Origin: Aquabacterium sp.
GTDB taxonomy: Bacteria > Pseudomonadota > Gammaproteobacteria > Burkholderiales > Burkholderiaceae_C
Reading direction: 5' to 3'
Assembly (NCBI RefSeq): GCF_049274795.1
Contig: NZ_JBASTH010000100.1
Location: forward strand, 31,719 to 95,718
DNA length: 64,000 nucleotides
Under the pieces are notes generated by a model that saw only the letters and a list, made by a program, of their open reading frames with translations, did not search any database and was not told the origin of the DNA. The position numbers and the translations under genes are program-made. This document shows positions 25,356 to 34,784 of the stretch, piece after piece; position 1 is the stretch's first letter; every line of letters starts with the position of its first letter.

Positions 25356-28300
25356 TCAGATCAGCAGATTGTTCTGGTTGTTGTCATCCAGCAATCCCTT
25401 GGTCGGATCCACCGCCAGCGACACGTTGACCGAGGATGCCTCCGTGGTCGTCGTGCTCGCTGCCGCCGTCGTCGTGGTGTCGGCTGCATGCGAGGGCTCT
25501 GCCGTGCCGCCCGCTGTGGATGTGGTCGTGTTCGCCTGCGCCGCCGTACCTGTGGCCGCACCGGAGGTGGCCGTGGTACTCGGCACGGACGATGACAAGG
25601 CATCCAGTGCCGCCGATTGACCCGGCCCGGCCAGCACATCTTCTGTGCTCAGGCCCGCCAAGCCATCCTGCGACACGGTGGTGTCACGGTGGAACCAGAC
25701 GTCGGCCATCGCGTAGGTGGAGCCGTCGACCTTGGTGTAGCTCGACACCAGGCCCAGCAGGTTGCCGTTGTCCATGTCCGTGCCGGTCTTCGCGTTGAGG
25801 TCCAGCGACAGGATGCCCAGCTCGGCCAGCGACCGCAGTTCGCCTGCACCGCTGATGCCGTCCTGGTTGGCATCGATCCAGACCTGCAGTTTGCTGAAAT
25901 CCAGATCGGCGGCATTGATGATGCCATCGCGGTTGCTGTCCAAGGCCGCGAGGGCGGCGTAGCCATTGCCGGCTCGCTGGCCTTCGGCATTGAGTGTGGA
26001 GCCACCGAAGAGTTCACTGCCGTTGCCGATCAGGCCGTCACCATTGCGGTCCATCACCAGCAGGCCATCCTGTGCCGATGCCCAGCCCACACGTGCACTG
26101 GTGTTGCCCGTGGCATTGAGGTCGAAGTACACGCCGTTGGCGCTCGAGATGGTTCTCACGCCGTCGCCGTTGAGGTCCAGCACGATCGGCGTAGCGGCCT
26201 GGTAGGCATCCAGTTGCACACCGGTCATGACCCCGATGTCGGTTGTCTCGAAGGACTGCAATTGCGTCATGGACATCGCGCGGATGTCATCGGTCTGCAG
26301 GGCCACGACCTGATCGGTCGTGAAGGCCTGGATCTGCTCCGTGGTCAGGGCCGCCGCCTGGGCGGTGGTCAGGGCCATGATCGACTGGGTCGTCAGGGCC
26401 TCGAACTGCTCTGTCGTCAGCGAGCGGATCTGGGTCGTCGTCAGGGCAGCGAACTGCGCCGTGGTCAGCACCTCGATGTCCGTCGTCTCGATGGCCTGGA
26501 TCTGCGCCGTCGTCAGTGCCGCGATCTGCGCCGTGCCGAACATGTGGATCTGGTCCGTCGTCAAGGCGGCGATGCTGTCGGTGCTCAGACCGGCGATGGC
26601 CGCCGTCGTCAGCACCACCAGATCGGTCGTCTCGATGGCCTGGATCTGCTCGGTGGTCAGGGCTGCGGCCTGTGCGCTGGTCATGGCGCGGAACTGGGCG
26701 GTTCCCAGCGCCGCGATGTCCTGCGTCTCGAAGGCATGGATCTGCTCGGTGCTCAGTGCCACCATCTGGGCCGTCGTCAGAGCGCCCACATGGTCCGTGG
26801 TCAGGGCCTGGATCTGGTCGGTTTCCAGTGCGCGGATCTGGGCTGTCGTCAGCGACTTGATCTGGGCCGTGGTCATGGCCGCCAGGTCACCCGTCTCGAT
26901 CGCCTGGATCTGGGCGGTCGACAGGGCAGCCACCTGGGCCGTGATCAGCGCCGCCACCTGTTCGCTGCTCAGTGCCGCGATGCCGTCCGTGGTCAGGCCG
27001 CGCACAGCGGCTGTCGTCAGGGCGGCCAGGTCCGTGCTTTCCAGCGCGGCCACCTGCTCGGTGGTCAGTGCGGCGACCTGGGCACTGCTCAGGGCGCGGG
27101 CCTGCAGCGTCGTCAGCGCGGCGACATCGGTCGTCTCCATCGCCTGCAGTTGCGTGGTGCTCAAGGACGCCACTTGCGCGGTCGTGAGACCGGCCACCTG
27201 CTCGGTGGTCAGGGCCTGGATCTGGTCTGTGTTCAGCGAGCGGATCTGCGCGGTGCTCAGCGATGCGATCTGTGCGGTCGTCATCGCGGCCAGGTCACCC
27301 GTCTCGATGGCGGCCACCTGCGTGGTCAACAGCGAGGCGACCTGGGCCGTGCCCAGCGCAGCCACCTGCTCGGAGCTCAGCGCAGCGATGCCGTCCGTGG
27401 TCAGGCCACGCACCGCAGCCGTCGTCAGGGCAGCCACGTCCGTGCTTTCCAGCGCAGCCACCTGCTCGGTGCTCAGCGCAGCCGTCTGGGCGCTGGTCAG
27501 TGTGCGGACCTGGGCCGTGCTCAGGGCGGCGATGTCACCCGTCTCGATCGCCCGGATCTGAGCGGTCGACAAGGCAGCCACCTGAGCGGTGGACAGCATG
27601 GCGATCTGATCAGAACTCAGCGCCGCGATGCCATCCGTGGTCAGGGCACGCACAGCGGCCGTGGTCAGCGAAGAGATGTCACCGGTTTCCAGCGCGGCCA
27701 CCTGTTCGGTGGTCAGCGCGGCGGCCTGGGCACTGGTCAGGGCACGCACCTGCGTGGTCGTCAAGGCGGCGATGTCGCCGGTCTCGACAGCCTGCAGCTG
27801 GGTGGTGGTCAGTGCGGCCACCTGGGCCGTGGTGAGCGATGCAATCTGGTCGGTTGTGAGCGACTGGATCTGATCGGTCTCCAGCGCACGGACCTGGGCC
27901 GTGGTCAGGGACTTGATCTGCGCGGTCGTCATCGCGGCCAGGTCACCCGTCTCGATGGCGGCCACCTGCGTGGTCAACAGCGAGGCGACCTGGGCCGTGC
28001 CCAGCGCAGCCACCTGCTCGGAGCTCAGCGCAGCGATACCGTCCGTGGTCAAGCCACGCACCGCGGCCGTCGTCAGGGCCGCCACGTCCGTGCTTTCCAG
28101 CGCGGCCACCTGTTCGGTGGTCAGCGCGGCGGTCTGGGCGCTGGTCAGCGTGCGGACCTGGGCCGTGGTCAGGGCAGCGATGTCACCGGTCTCGATCGCC
28201 TGGATCTGGCTGGTCGACAGGGCGGCCACCTGGGCGGTGGACAGCGACGCGATCTGGTCGGAGTTCAGTGCGGCGATGCCATCCGTGGTCAGGCCACGCA

Positions 28301-31300
28301 CCGCGGCCGTCGTCAGCGCCGCGATGTCGGTCGTCTCGATCGCGGCCACCTGTTCGGTGGTCAGCGCGGCGGCCTGGGCGCTGCTCAGGGCGGCGATCTG
28401 CGACGTGCGCAGGGCAGCGATGTCGCTGGTCTCGATCGCCTGCAACTGCGTGGTGGTCAGGGCCGCGACTTGCGCGCTGGTGAGTTCACCCACCTGCTCG
28501 GTGGTCAGCGCCTGGATCTGGTCGGTTTCCAGGGCACGGATCTGGGCCGTGGTCAGGGACTTGATCTGCGCGGTGGTCATCGCGGCCAGGTCACCCGTCT
28601 CGATGGCGGCCACCTGCGCGGTCGACAGCGACGAGATCAAGGCCGTGCCCATGGCTGCGATCTGCTCGGAGCTCAGGGCGGCGATGCCGTCCGTGGTCAG
28701 GCCACGCACTGCGGCCGTCGTCAGGGCCGCCACGTCCGTGCTTTCCAGCGCGGCCACCTGCTCGGTGGTCAGCGCGGCGGTCTGGGCGCTGGTCAGCGTA
28801 CGGACCTGGGCCGTGGTCAGGGCAGCAATGTCACCCGTCTCGATGGCCTGGATCTGGCTGGTCGACAGGGCAGCCACCTGGGCCGTCGACAGCATGGCGA
28901 TTTGATCGGAGTTCAGCGCCGCGATGCCGTCGGTGGTCAGGCCACGCACAGCGGCGGTGGTCAGCGAGGAGATGTCGCCGGTTTCCAGCGCAGCCACCTG
29001 TTCGGTGGTCAGCGCGGCGGCCTGGGCACTGCTCAGGGCACGCACCTGCGTGGTCGTCAGGGCGGCGATGTCGCCGGTCTCGACGGCCTGCAACTGCGTG
29101 GTGCTCAGCGCGGCCACCTGGGCCGTCGTGAGAGATGCGATCTGGTCGGTTGTGAGCGACTGGATCTGGTCGGTGTCCAACGCGCGGATCTGGGCCGTGG
29201 TCAGGGACTTGATCTGCGCGGTCGTCAACGCGGCCAGGTCACCCGTCTCGATCACAGCCACCTGGTTGGTCGACAGCGACGAGAGCTGCGCCGTGCCCAT
29301 GGCAGCGATCTGCTCGGAGTTCAGGGCTGCGATCGCATCCGTGGTCAGACCGCGCACCGCAGCCGTCGTCAGGGCAGCCACGTCCGTGCTTTCCAGCGCG
29401 GCCACCTGTTCGGTGGTCAGGGCGGCCGTCTGGGCGCTTGTCAGGTTGCGGACCTGCGTCGTCGTCAGGGCAGCAATGTCACCCGTCTCGATCGCCTGGA
29501 TCTGAGAGGTCGACAGCGCGGTGATCTGGGCCGTCGACAGGGATGCGATCTGGTCAGAGTTCAGTGCGGCGATACCGTCCGTGGTCAGGCCACGCACGGC
29601 GGCCGTGGTCAGTGCCGCAATGTCGGTCGTCTCGATCGCGGCCACCTGTTCGGTGGTCAGGGCGGCGGCCTGGGCGCTGCTCAGGGCACGCACCTGCGTG
29701 GTGGTCAGCGCGGCGATGTCGGTCGTCTCGACGGCCTGCAACTGGGTGGTGCTCAGGGCGGCCACCTGGGCCGTCGTGAGGGCGGCCACCTGATCCGTGG
29801 TCAGGGCCTGGATCTGGTCGGTTTCCAGTGCACGGACCTGGGCTGTGCTCAGGGACTTGATCTGCGTGGTCGTCATCGCGGCCAGGTCACCCGTCTCGAT
29901 GGCGGCCACCTGCGTGGTCGACAGCGACGAGACCTGGGCCGTGCCCAGTGCCGCGATCTGGTCGGTGTTCAGGGCTTCGATCGCATTCGTGGTCAGGCCA
30001 CGCACCGCAGCGGTGCTCAGGGCCGCCACGTCGGTGCTTTCCATCGCAGCGACCTGTTCGGTGGTCAGCGCGGCCGCTTGGGCACTGGTCAGGGCACGCA
30101 CCTGCGTCGTCGTCAGGGCGACGATGTCGTCCGTGGCGATCGACTGGATCTGCGTGGTCGTGAGGCTCACCACCTGCGCGGTGGTCAGGCTGGCGACCTG
30201 CTCGGTGATCAGGGCCACCAGTTGGTCCGTGTTCAGGGCGCGGATCTGGGCCGTGCTCATGGCCTTGATCTGCGTCGTGGTCAGGGCCGAGATGTCACCG
30301 GTTTCGATGGCCGCCACCTGCGTGGTCGACAGGCTGGCCACCTGCGCGGTGGTCAGCGATGCGATCTGCTCGGAGTTCAGCGCAGCGATGGCATCCGTGC
30401 TCAGGCCGCGGATCGCCGCTGTGGTCAGCGCCGCCAGGTCGTTGCTTTCCATCGCAGCCACCTGCTCGGTGGTCAGCGCGGCCGTCTGGGCACTGGTCAG
30501 ATTGCGGACCTGGGCGGTGGTCAGCGCAGCGATGTCACCGGTCTCGATGGCCTGGATCTGGCTGGTCGACAGGGCGGCCACCTGGGCGGTGGACAGCGAC
30601 GCGATCTGGTCGGAGTTCAGTGCGGCGATGCCATCCGTGGTCAGGCCACGAACAGCCGCCGTGCTCAGCGCGGCGATGTCGGTGGTTTCGATCGCGGCCA
30701 CCTGTTCGGTGGTCAGGGCTGCCGCCTGGGCGCTGCTCAGGGCCGCGATCTGCGCGGTTCGCAGGGCAGCGATGTCGCTGGTCTCGATGGCCTGCAGTTG
30801 GGTGGTGCTCAGGGCGGCCACCTGGGCGCTGGTGAGTTCACCCACCTGCTCGGTGGTCAGGGCCTGGATTTGATCGGTGTTCAGCGCGCGGATCTGCGCG
30901 GTGCTCAAGGACTTGATCTGGGCGGTCGTCAGCGCTGCCAGGTCACCCGTTTCTATGGCAGCCACCTGCGTGGTCGACAGCGAGGCGAGCTGGGCCGTGC
31001 CCATGGCGCCGATCTGCTCGGAACTCAGGGCTGCGATGGCATCCGTGCTCAGGCCACGCACCGCAGCCGTGGTCAGGGCGGCCACATCCGTGCTTTCCAG
31101 CGCGGCCACCTGCTCGGTCGTCAGGGCCGCTGTCTGGGCGCTGGTCAGCGTACGGACCTGGGCCGTGCTCAGGGCCGCGATGTCGCCGGTCTCGATCGCC
31201 TGGATCTGGCTGGTCGATAGGGCGGCCACCTGGGCCGTGGACAGCATGGCGATCTGGTCGGAGCTCAGGGCCGCGATGCCGTCGGTGGTCAGGCCACGCA

Positions 31301-34300
31301 CGGCTGCCGTGCTCAAGGCCGCAATGTCGCCGGTTTCCAGCGCCGCCACCTGCTCAGTGGTCAGGGCAGCCGTCTGGGCGCTGCTCAGGGCCGCGATCTG
31401 CGCGGTGCGCAGGGCAGCGATGTCGCTGGTTTCGATGGCCTGCAACTGGGTGGTGCTCAGTGCCGCGATCTGTGCGCTGGTGAGCTCACCCACCTGCTCG
31501 GTCGTCAGGGCCTGGATCTGGTCCGTGTTCAGCGCGCGGATCTGCGCGGTGCTCAGCGATTTGATCTGGGCGGTCGTCAGCGCGGCCAGGTCACCTGTTT
31601 CGATGGCGGCCACCTGGGCGGTCGACAGCGAGGCGAGCTGGGCCGTGCCCATGGCGCCGATCTGCTCGGAGCTCAGGGCTGCAATGGCATCCGTGCTCAG
31701 GCCACGCACCGCGGCCGTCGTCAGGGCGGCCACGTCCGTGCTTTCCAGCGCAGCCACCTGCTCGGTGGTCAGGGCGGCGGTCTGGGCGCTTGTCAGGTTG
31801 CGGACTTGGGCCGTGGTCAGGGCAGCGATGTCACCCGTCTCGATCGCCTGGATCTGGCTGCTCGACAGGGCGGCCACCTGGGCCGTGGACAGCGCAGCGA
31901 TCTGGTCAGAGCTCAGGGCGGCGATGGCCTCGGTGCTCAGACCGCGCACAGCGGCGGTGGTCAGCGAAGAGATGTCGCCGGTCTCCAGCGCAGCCACCTG
32001 TTCCGTGGTCAGGGCTGCAGCCTGGGCGCTGCTCAGGGCACGTACTTGCGTGGTCGTCAGCGCGGCGATGTCGCCGGTTTCGACGGCCTGCAACTGGGTG
32101 GTGCTCAGCGCGGCCACCTGGGCCGTCGTGAGGGATGCGATCTGGTCGGTTGTGAGCGACTGGATCTGGTCGGTGTCCAGCGCGCGGATCTGGGCCGTGC
32201 TCAGGGACTTGATCTGCGTGGTCGTCAGCGCGGCCAGGTCACCCGTTTCGATGGCGGCCACCTGCGCGGTCGACAGCGAGGCGAGCTGGGCCGTGCCCAT
32301 GGCGCCGATCTGCTCGGAGCTCAGGGCCGCGATCGCATCCGTGGTCAGACCGCGCACCGCAGCCGTGGTCAGGGCGGCCACGTCCGTGCTTTCCAGCGCG
32401 GCCACCTGCTCGGTGGTCAGGGCGGCCGTCTGGGCGCTGGTCAGGGTGCGAACCTGGCTGGTGGTCAGCGCAGCGATGTCACCTGTCTCGATGGCCTGGA
32501 TTTGAGCCGTCGTGAGCGCCCCAACCTGTGCCGTCGACAACGTGGCGATCTGGTCGGAGTTCAAGGCCGCAATGGCGTCGGTGCTCAGACCGCGCATGGC
32601 GGCGGTGGTCAGCGAGGAGATGTCGCCAGTCTCCAGCGCGGCTACCTGCTCTGTGGTCAGGGCTGCTACCTGGGCGCTGCTCAGCGCGCGCACCTGGGTG
32701 GTCGTCAAGGCGGCGATGTCGCCGGTTTCAACGGCCTGGAGCTGGGTGGTGCTCAACGCGGCCACCTGGGCGGTCGTGAGAGAGGCAACCTGCTCGGTGC
32801 TCAACGACTGAATCTGGTCGGTCTCCAGCGCACGGACCTGGGCCGTGGTCAGGGCCTTGACCTGGTTGGTCGTCAGCGCGGCCAGATCACCTGTCTCGAT
32901 GGCGGCCACCTGCGTGGTCGACAGCGAGGCGAGCTGAGCCGTGCCCAGCGCGGCGATCTGCTCGGTGCTCAGCGCGGCGATGGCATCTGTGGTCAAGCCA
33001 CGCACTGCGGCCGTGCTCATCGAGGACAGCGCGCTCGTGCTGATGGCGGCGACCTGATCGGTGGTCAGGGCAGCCGCCTGCGCGCTGGTCAGCGCCCTCA
33101 CCTGTGTGGTGGTCAGGGCGGCAATGTCTTCCGTCTGGATGGCCTGAACCTGGTCGGTCTTGAAGGCCGTGGCCTGCGCCGTGGTCAGCGCACCCACCTG
33201 CTGCGTGCTGAAGGCCTGGACCTGGTCCGTGGTCAAGGACTGGATCTGGGCGGTGGTGAGCGCCTTGACCTGGTCCGTCGTCAGGGCAGAGAAATCACCG
33301 GTTTCGATGGCCTTGACCTGACTGGTCGTGAGGGCCGCCACCTGGCTGGTGGCCAAGGCGGCCACCTGTTCGGAGCTGAGTGCGGCGATGCCGTCGGTGG
33401 TCAGGCCACGAACAGCGGCTGTCGTCAGCGCGGCCACGTCCGTGCTTTCCAGCGCGGCGACTTGGTCGGTGGTCAGGGCGGCCGTCTGGGCGCTGGTCAG
33501 CGTACGGACCTGCGCGGTGGTCAGGGCAGCGATGTCACCGGTCTCGATGGCCTGCACCTGGCTGGTCGACAGGGCCGCCACCTGGGCGGTGGCGAGTGCA
33601 GCGATCTGGTCGGAGCTGAGGGCTGCCATGCCGTCGGTCGTCAGGCCGCGCACGGCGGCCGTGGTCAGCGCGGAAATGTCGCCCGTTTCGATCGCAGCCA
33701 CCTGTTCGGTGGTCAATGCGGCCGTCTGGGCGCTGCTCAGGGCACGCACCTGGGTGGTCGTCAGGGCCGCGATGTCGCTGGTCTCGATGGCCTGGACCTG
33801 CGTGGTCGTCAGGGCCGCCACCTGCGAGCTGGTCAGCACGCCGACCTGCTCGGTCGTCAGCGCCTGGATCTGATCCGTCTCCAGGGCACGTACCTGTGTG
33901 GAAGACAACGACTTGACCTGGTTGGTCGTCATCGCGGCCAGGTCACCCGTCTCGATGGCGGCCACCTGGGCCGTCGACAAGGCCACGACCTGGCTGGTGC
34001 CCAGCACCGCGATCTGTTCAGAGGTCAGGGCCGCAATGCCGTCGGTGCTGATCGCACGCACGGCTGCCGTGGTCAGGGCGGCGATGCCGCTCGTTTCGAT
34101 CGCAGCCACCTGCTCGGTGGTCAGGGCTGCGGCCTGGGCGCTGCTCAGGGCGCGCACCTGGGCCGTGGTCAGCACCGCGATGTCTTCGGTCTGGATCGCC
34201 TGCACCTGCGTGGTGGAGAAGGCTGCCACCTGGGTGCTGCTCAGGGCGGCCACCTGGTCGGTGCTCAGCGCCTCGACGGATGCGGTCGTCAGCGCCCTCA

Positions 34301-34529
34301 CCTGCGCCGTGTTCAGCACCCGGATGTGCTCGACCTGGAAGGCCTGGATCTGGTCCGTGGCCAGAATGGCCAGATCCGTGGTTTCAATGGCTTTGACCTG
34401 GGTGGTCGTCAAGGCCGCAATCTGCTCCGTACTGAACGCTTGCCAGTCTTCGGTCGTCAACCTGGCAATGGTAGTGGTCGACAGCGAAGCGATCTGTGTC
34501 GTTGACAGCGAATCGATGATTGAAGCCAT
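25356..34529 (-). CDS. giant (~3057 aa) octapeptide-repeat protein with a C-terminal Ca-binding/T1SS-type secretion region; predicted type I secretion substrate
   Basis: About 2770 aa consist of the 8-residue repeat L-[TS]-[TS]-x-Q-[VI]-x-[AS], starting within about 10 residues of the N-terminus (MASIIDSLSTTQIASLSTTTIARL). The last 276 aa are non-repetitive, with D-x-[ND]-x-D-G motifs (DLNGDG, DRNGDGLI, SNRDGII, DANQDGI), a Thr-rich tract and an acidic/polar C-terminal end (...LLDDNNQNNLLI). No Sec signal is present. T1SS genes lie nearby. I prefer the ATG at 34529. Confidence 0.85.
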   Translation of the reverse strand: MASIIDSLSTTQIASLSTTTIARLTTEDWQAFSTEQIAALTTTQVKAIETTDLAILATDQIQAFQVEHIRVLNTAQVRALTTASVEALSTDQVAALSSTQVAAFSTTQVQAIQTEDIAVLTTAQVRALSSAQAAALTTEQVAAIETSGIAALTTAAVRAISTDGIAALTSEQIAVLGTSQVVALSTAQVAAIETGDLAAMTTNQVKSLSSTQVRALETDQIQALTTEQVGVLTSSQVAALTTTQVQAIETSDIAALTTTQVRALSSAQTAALTTEQVAAIETGDISALTTAAVRGLTTDGMAALSSDQIAALATAQVAALSTSQVQAIETGDIAALTTAQVRTLTSAQTAALTTDQVAALESTDVAALTTAAVRGLTTDGIAALSSEQVAALATSQVAALTTSQVKAIETGDFSALTTDQVKALTTAQIQSLTTDQVQAFSTQQVGALTTAQATAFKTDQVQAIQTEDIAALTTTQVRALTSAQAAALTTDQVAAISTSALSSMSTAAVRGLTTDAIAALSTEQIAALGTAQLASLSTTQVAAIETGDLAALTTNQVKALTTAQVRALETDQIQSLSTEQVASLTTAQVAALSTTQLQAVETGDIAALTTTQVRALSSAQVAALTTEQVAALETGDISSLTTAAMRGLSTDAIAALNSDQIATLSTAQVGALTTAQIQAIETGDIAALTTSQVRTLTSAQTAALTTEQVAALESTDVAALTTAAVRGLTTDAIAALSSEQIGAMGTAQLASLSTAQVAAIETGDLAALTTTQIKSLSTAQIRALDTDQIQSLTTDQIASLTTAQVAALSTTQLQAVETGDIAALTTTQVRALSSAQAAALTTEQVAALETGDISSLTTAAVRGLSTEAIAALSSDQIAALSTAQVAALSSSQIQAIETGDIAALTTAQVRNLTSAQTAALTTEQVAALESTDVAALTTAAVRGLSTDAIAALSSEQIGAMGTAQLASLSTAQVAAIETGDLAALTTAQIKSLSTAQIRALNTDQIQALTTEQVGELTSAQIAALSTTQLQAIETSDIAALRTAQIAALSSAQTAALTTEQVAALETGDIAALSTAAVRGLTTDGIAALSSDQIAMLSTAQVAALSTSQIQAIETGDIAALSTAQVRTLTSAQTAALTTEQVAALESTDVAALTTAAVRGLSTDAIAALSSEQIGAMGTAQLASLSTTQVAAIETGDLAALTTAQIKSLSTAQIRALNTDQIQALTTEQVGELTSAQVAALSTTQLQAIETSDIAALRTAQIAALSSAQAAALTTEQVAAIETTDIAALSTAAVRGLTTDGIAALNSDQIASLSTAQVAALSTSQIQAIETGDIAALTTAQVRNLTSAQTAALTTEQVAAMESNDLAALTTAAIRGLSTDAIAALNSEQIASLTTAQVASLSTTQVAAIETGDISALTTTQIKAMSTAQIRALNTDQLVALITEQVASLTTAQVVSLTTTQIQSIATDDIVALTTTQVRALTSAQAAALTTEQVAAMESTDVAALSTAAVRGLTTNAIEALNTDQIAALGTAQVSSLSTTQVAAIETGDLAAMTTTQIKSLSTAQVRALETDQIQALTTDQVAALTTAQVAALSTTQLQAVETTDIAALTTTQVRALSSAQAAALTTEQVAAIETTDIAALTTAAVRGLTTDGIAALNSDQIASLSTAQITALSTSQIQAIETGDIAALTTTQVRNLTSAQTAALTTEQVAALESTDVAALTTAAVRGLTTDAIAALNSEQIAAMGTAQLSSLSTNQVAVIETGDLAALTTAQIKSLTTAQIRALDTDQIQSLTTDQIASLTTAQVAALSTTQLQAVETGDIAALTTTQVRALSSAQAAALTTEQVAALETGDISSLTTAAVRGLTTDGIAALNSDQIAMLSTAQVAALSTSQIQAIETGDIAALTTAQVRTLTSAQTAALTTEQVAALESTDVAALTTAAVRGLTTDGIAALSSEQIAAMGTALISSLSTAQVAAIETGDLAAMTTAQIKSLTTAQIRALETDQIQALTTEQVGELTSAQVAALTTTQLQAIETSDIAALRTSQIAALSSAQAAALTTEQVAAIETTDIAALTTAAVRGLTTDGIAALNSDQIASLSTAQVAALSTSQIQAIETGDIAALTTAQVRTLTSAQTAALTTEQVAALESTDVAALTTAAVRGLTTDGIAALSSEQVAALGTAQVASLLTTQVAAIETGDLAAMTTAQIKSLTTAQVRALETDQIQSLTTDQIASLTTAQVAALTTTQLQAVETGDIAALTTTQVRALTSAQAAALTTEQVAALETGDISSLTTAAVRALTTDGIAALSSDQIAMLSTAQVAALSTAQIRAIETGDIAALSTAQVRTLTSAQTAALSTEQVAALESTDVAALTTAAVRGLTTDGIAALSSEQVAALGTAQVASLLTTQVAAIETGDLAAMTTAQIASLSTAQIRSLNTDQIQALTTEQVAGLTTAQVASLSTTQLQAMETTDVAALTTLQARALSSAQVAALTTEQVAALESTDLAALTTAAVRGLTTDGIAALSSEQVAALITAQVAALSTAQIQAIETGDLAAMTTAQIKSLTTAQIRALETDQIQALTTDHVGALTTAQMVALSTEQIHAFETQDIAALGTAQFRAMTSAQAAALTTEQIQAIETTDLVVLTTAAIAGLSTDSIAALTTDQIHMFGTAQIAALTTAQIQAIETTDIEVLTTAQFAALTTTQIRSLTTEQFEALTTQSIMALTTAQAAALTTEQIQAFTTDQVVALQTDDIRAMSMTQLQSFETTDIGVMTGVQLDAYQAATPIVLDLNGDGVRTISSANGVYFDLNATGNTSARVGWASAQDGLLVMDRNGDGLIGNGSELFGGSTLNAEGQRAGNGYAALAALDSNRDGIINAADLDFSKLQVWIDANQDGISGAGELRSLAELGILSLDLNAKTGTDMDNGNLLGLVSSYTKVDGSTYAMADVWFHRDTTVSQDGLAGLSTEDVLAGPGQSAALDALSSSVPSTTATSGAATGTAAQANTTTSTAGGTAEPSHAADTTTTAAASTTTTEASSVNVSLAVDPTKGLLDDNNQNNLLI
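26215..34510 (-). repeat. coding tandem repeat array: 24-nt unit nested in 648-nt super-repeats
   Basis: The 24-nt (8-codon) periodicity runs throughout. The string TCA[TA]CGCGGCCAGGTCACCCGTCTCGAT recurs at 27281, 27929, 28577, 29225 and 29873, which is exactly 648 bp (27 octads) apart. Flanking super-repeats vary in length, for example a 408-bp (17-octad) step to 30281. Confidence 0.9.
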
Positions 34530-34784
34530 GGGAAACCCCGGTAAAACTTGATGAGGCATGAACCGGGACGCTGAGAGCGTGAGCACCGGTCCATGCGGAT
34601 GACTGGCCGTTATGAACAGTGATGGACGGTGATGAGCTTAGAAAGCCCTGCAAGGAGCAAGACCGGAAATACCGCCCTCAATCCCTGCCATCTCCGTCAC
34701 CGCCCAAAAAATGAGCTACGGACGTCTTATCGGTTGGGAAAACCATGTCTTTAGTAACGTTCTTCAAACGAGCACGGCATCACG

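Noticed and set aside
25356-26190. Classification of the C-terminal region of the octad-repeat protein as an RTX toxin domain
   Set aside because: No GGxGxDxUx nonapeptide repeats are present. The Ca-binding-looking motifs are D-x-N/D-x-D-G (EF-hand/dockerin-like), so I describe it only as a T1SS-type C-terminal region.
25617-34505. Two very long plus-strand ORFs (1867 aa and 899 aa) and many shorter ORFs inside the repeat gene
   Set aside because: They are antisense or off-frame readings of the 24-nt repeat. The products are monotonous (GQ.GDL.R.Q / RRP-type strings) with no start context. The minus-strand frame gives a coherent protein with a T1SS-type C-terminus.
26215-34510. Possible CRISPR array or non-coding satellite, because of the strict short periodicity
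   Set aside because: The 24-nt units are contiguous, with no unique spacers. They lie in one uninterrupted 9.2-kb reading frame with conserved amino-acid positions, so this is a coding tandem repeat.
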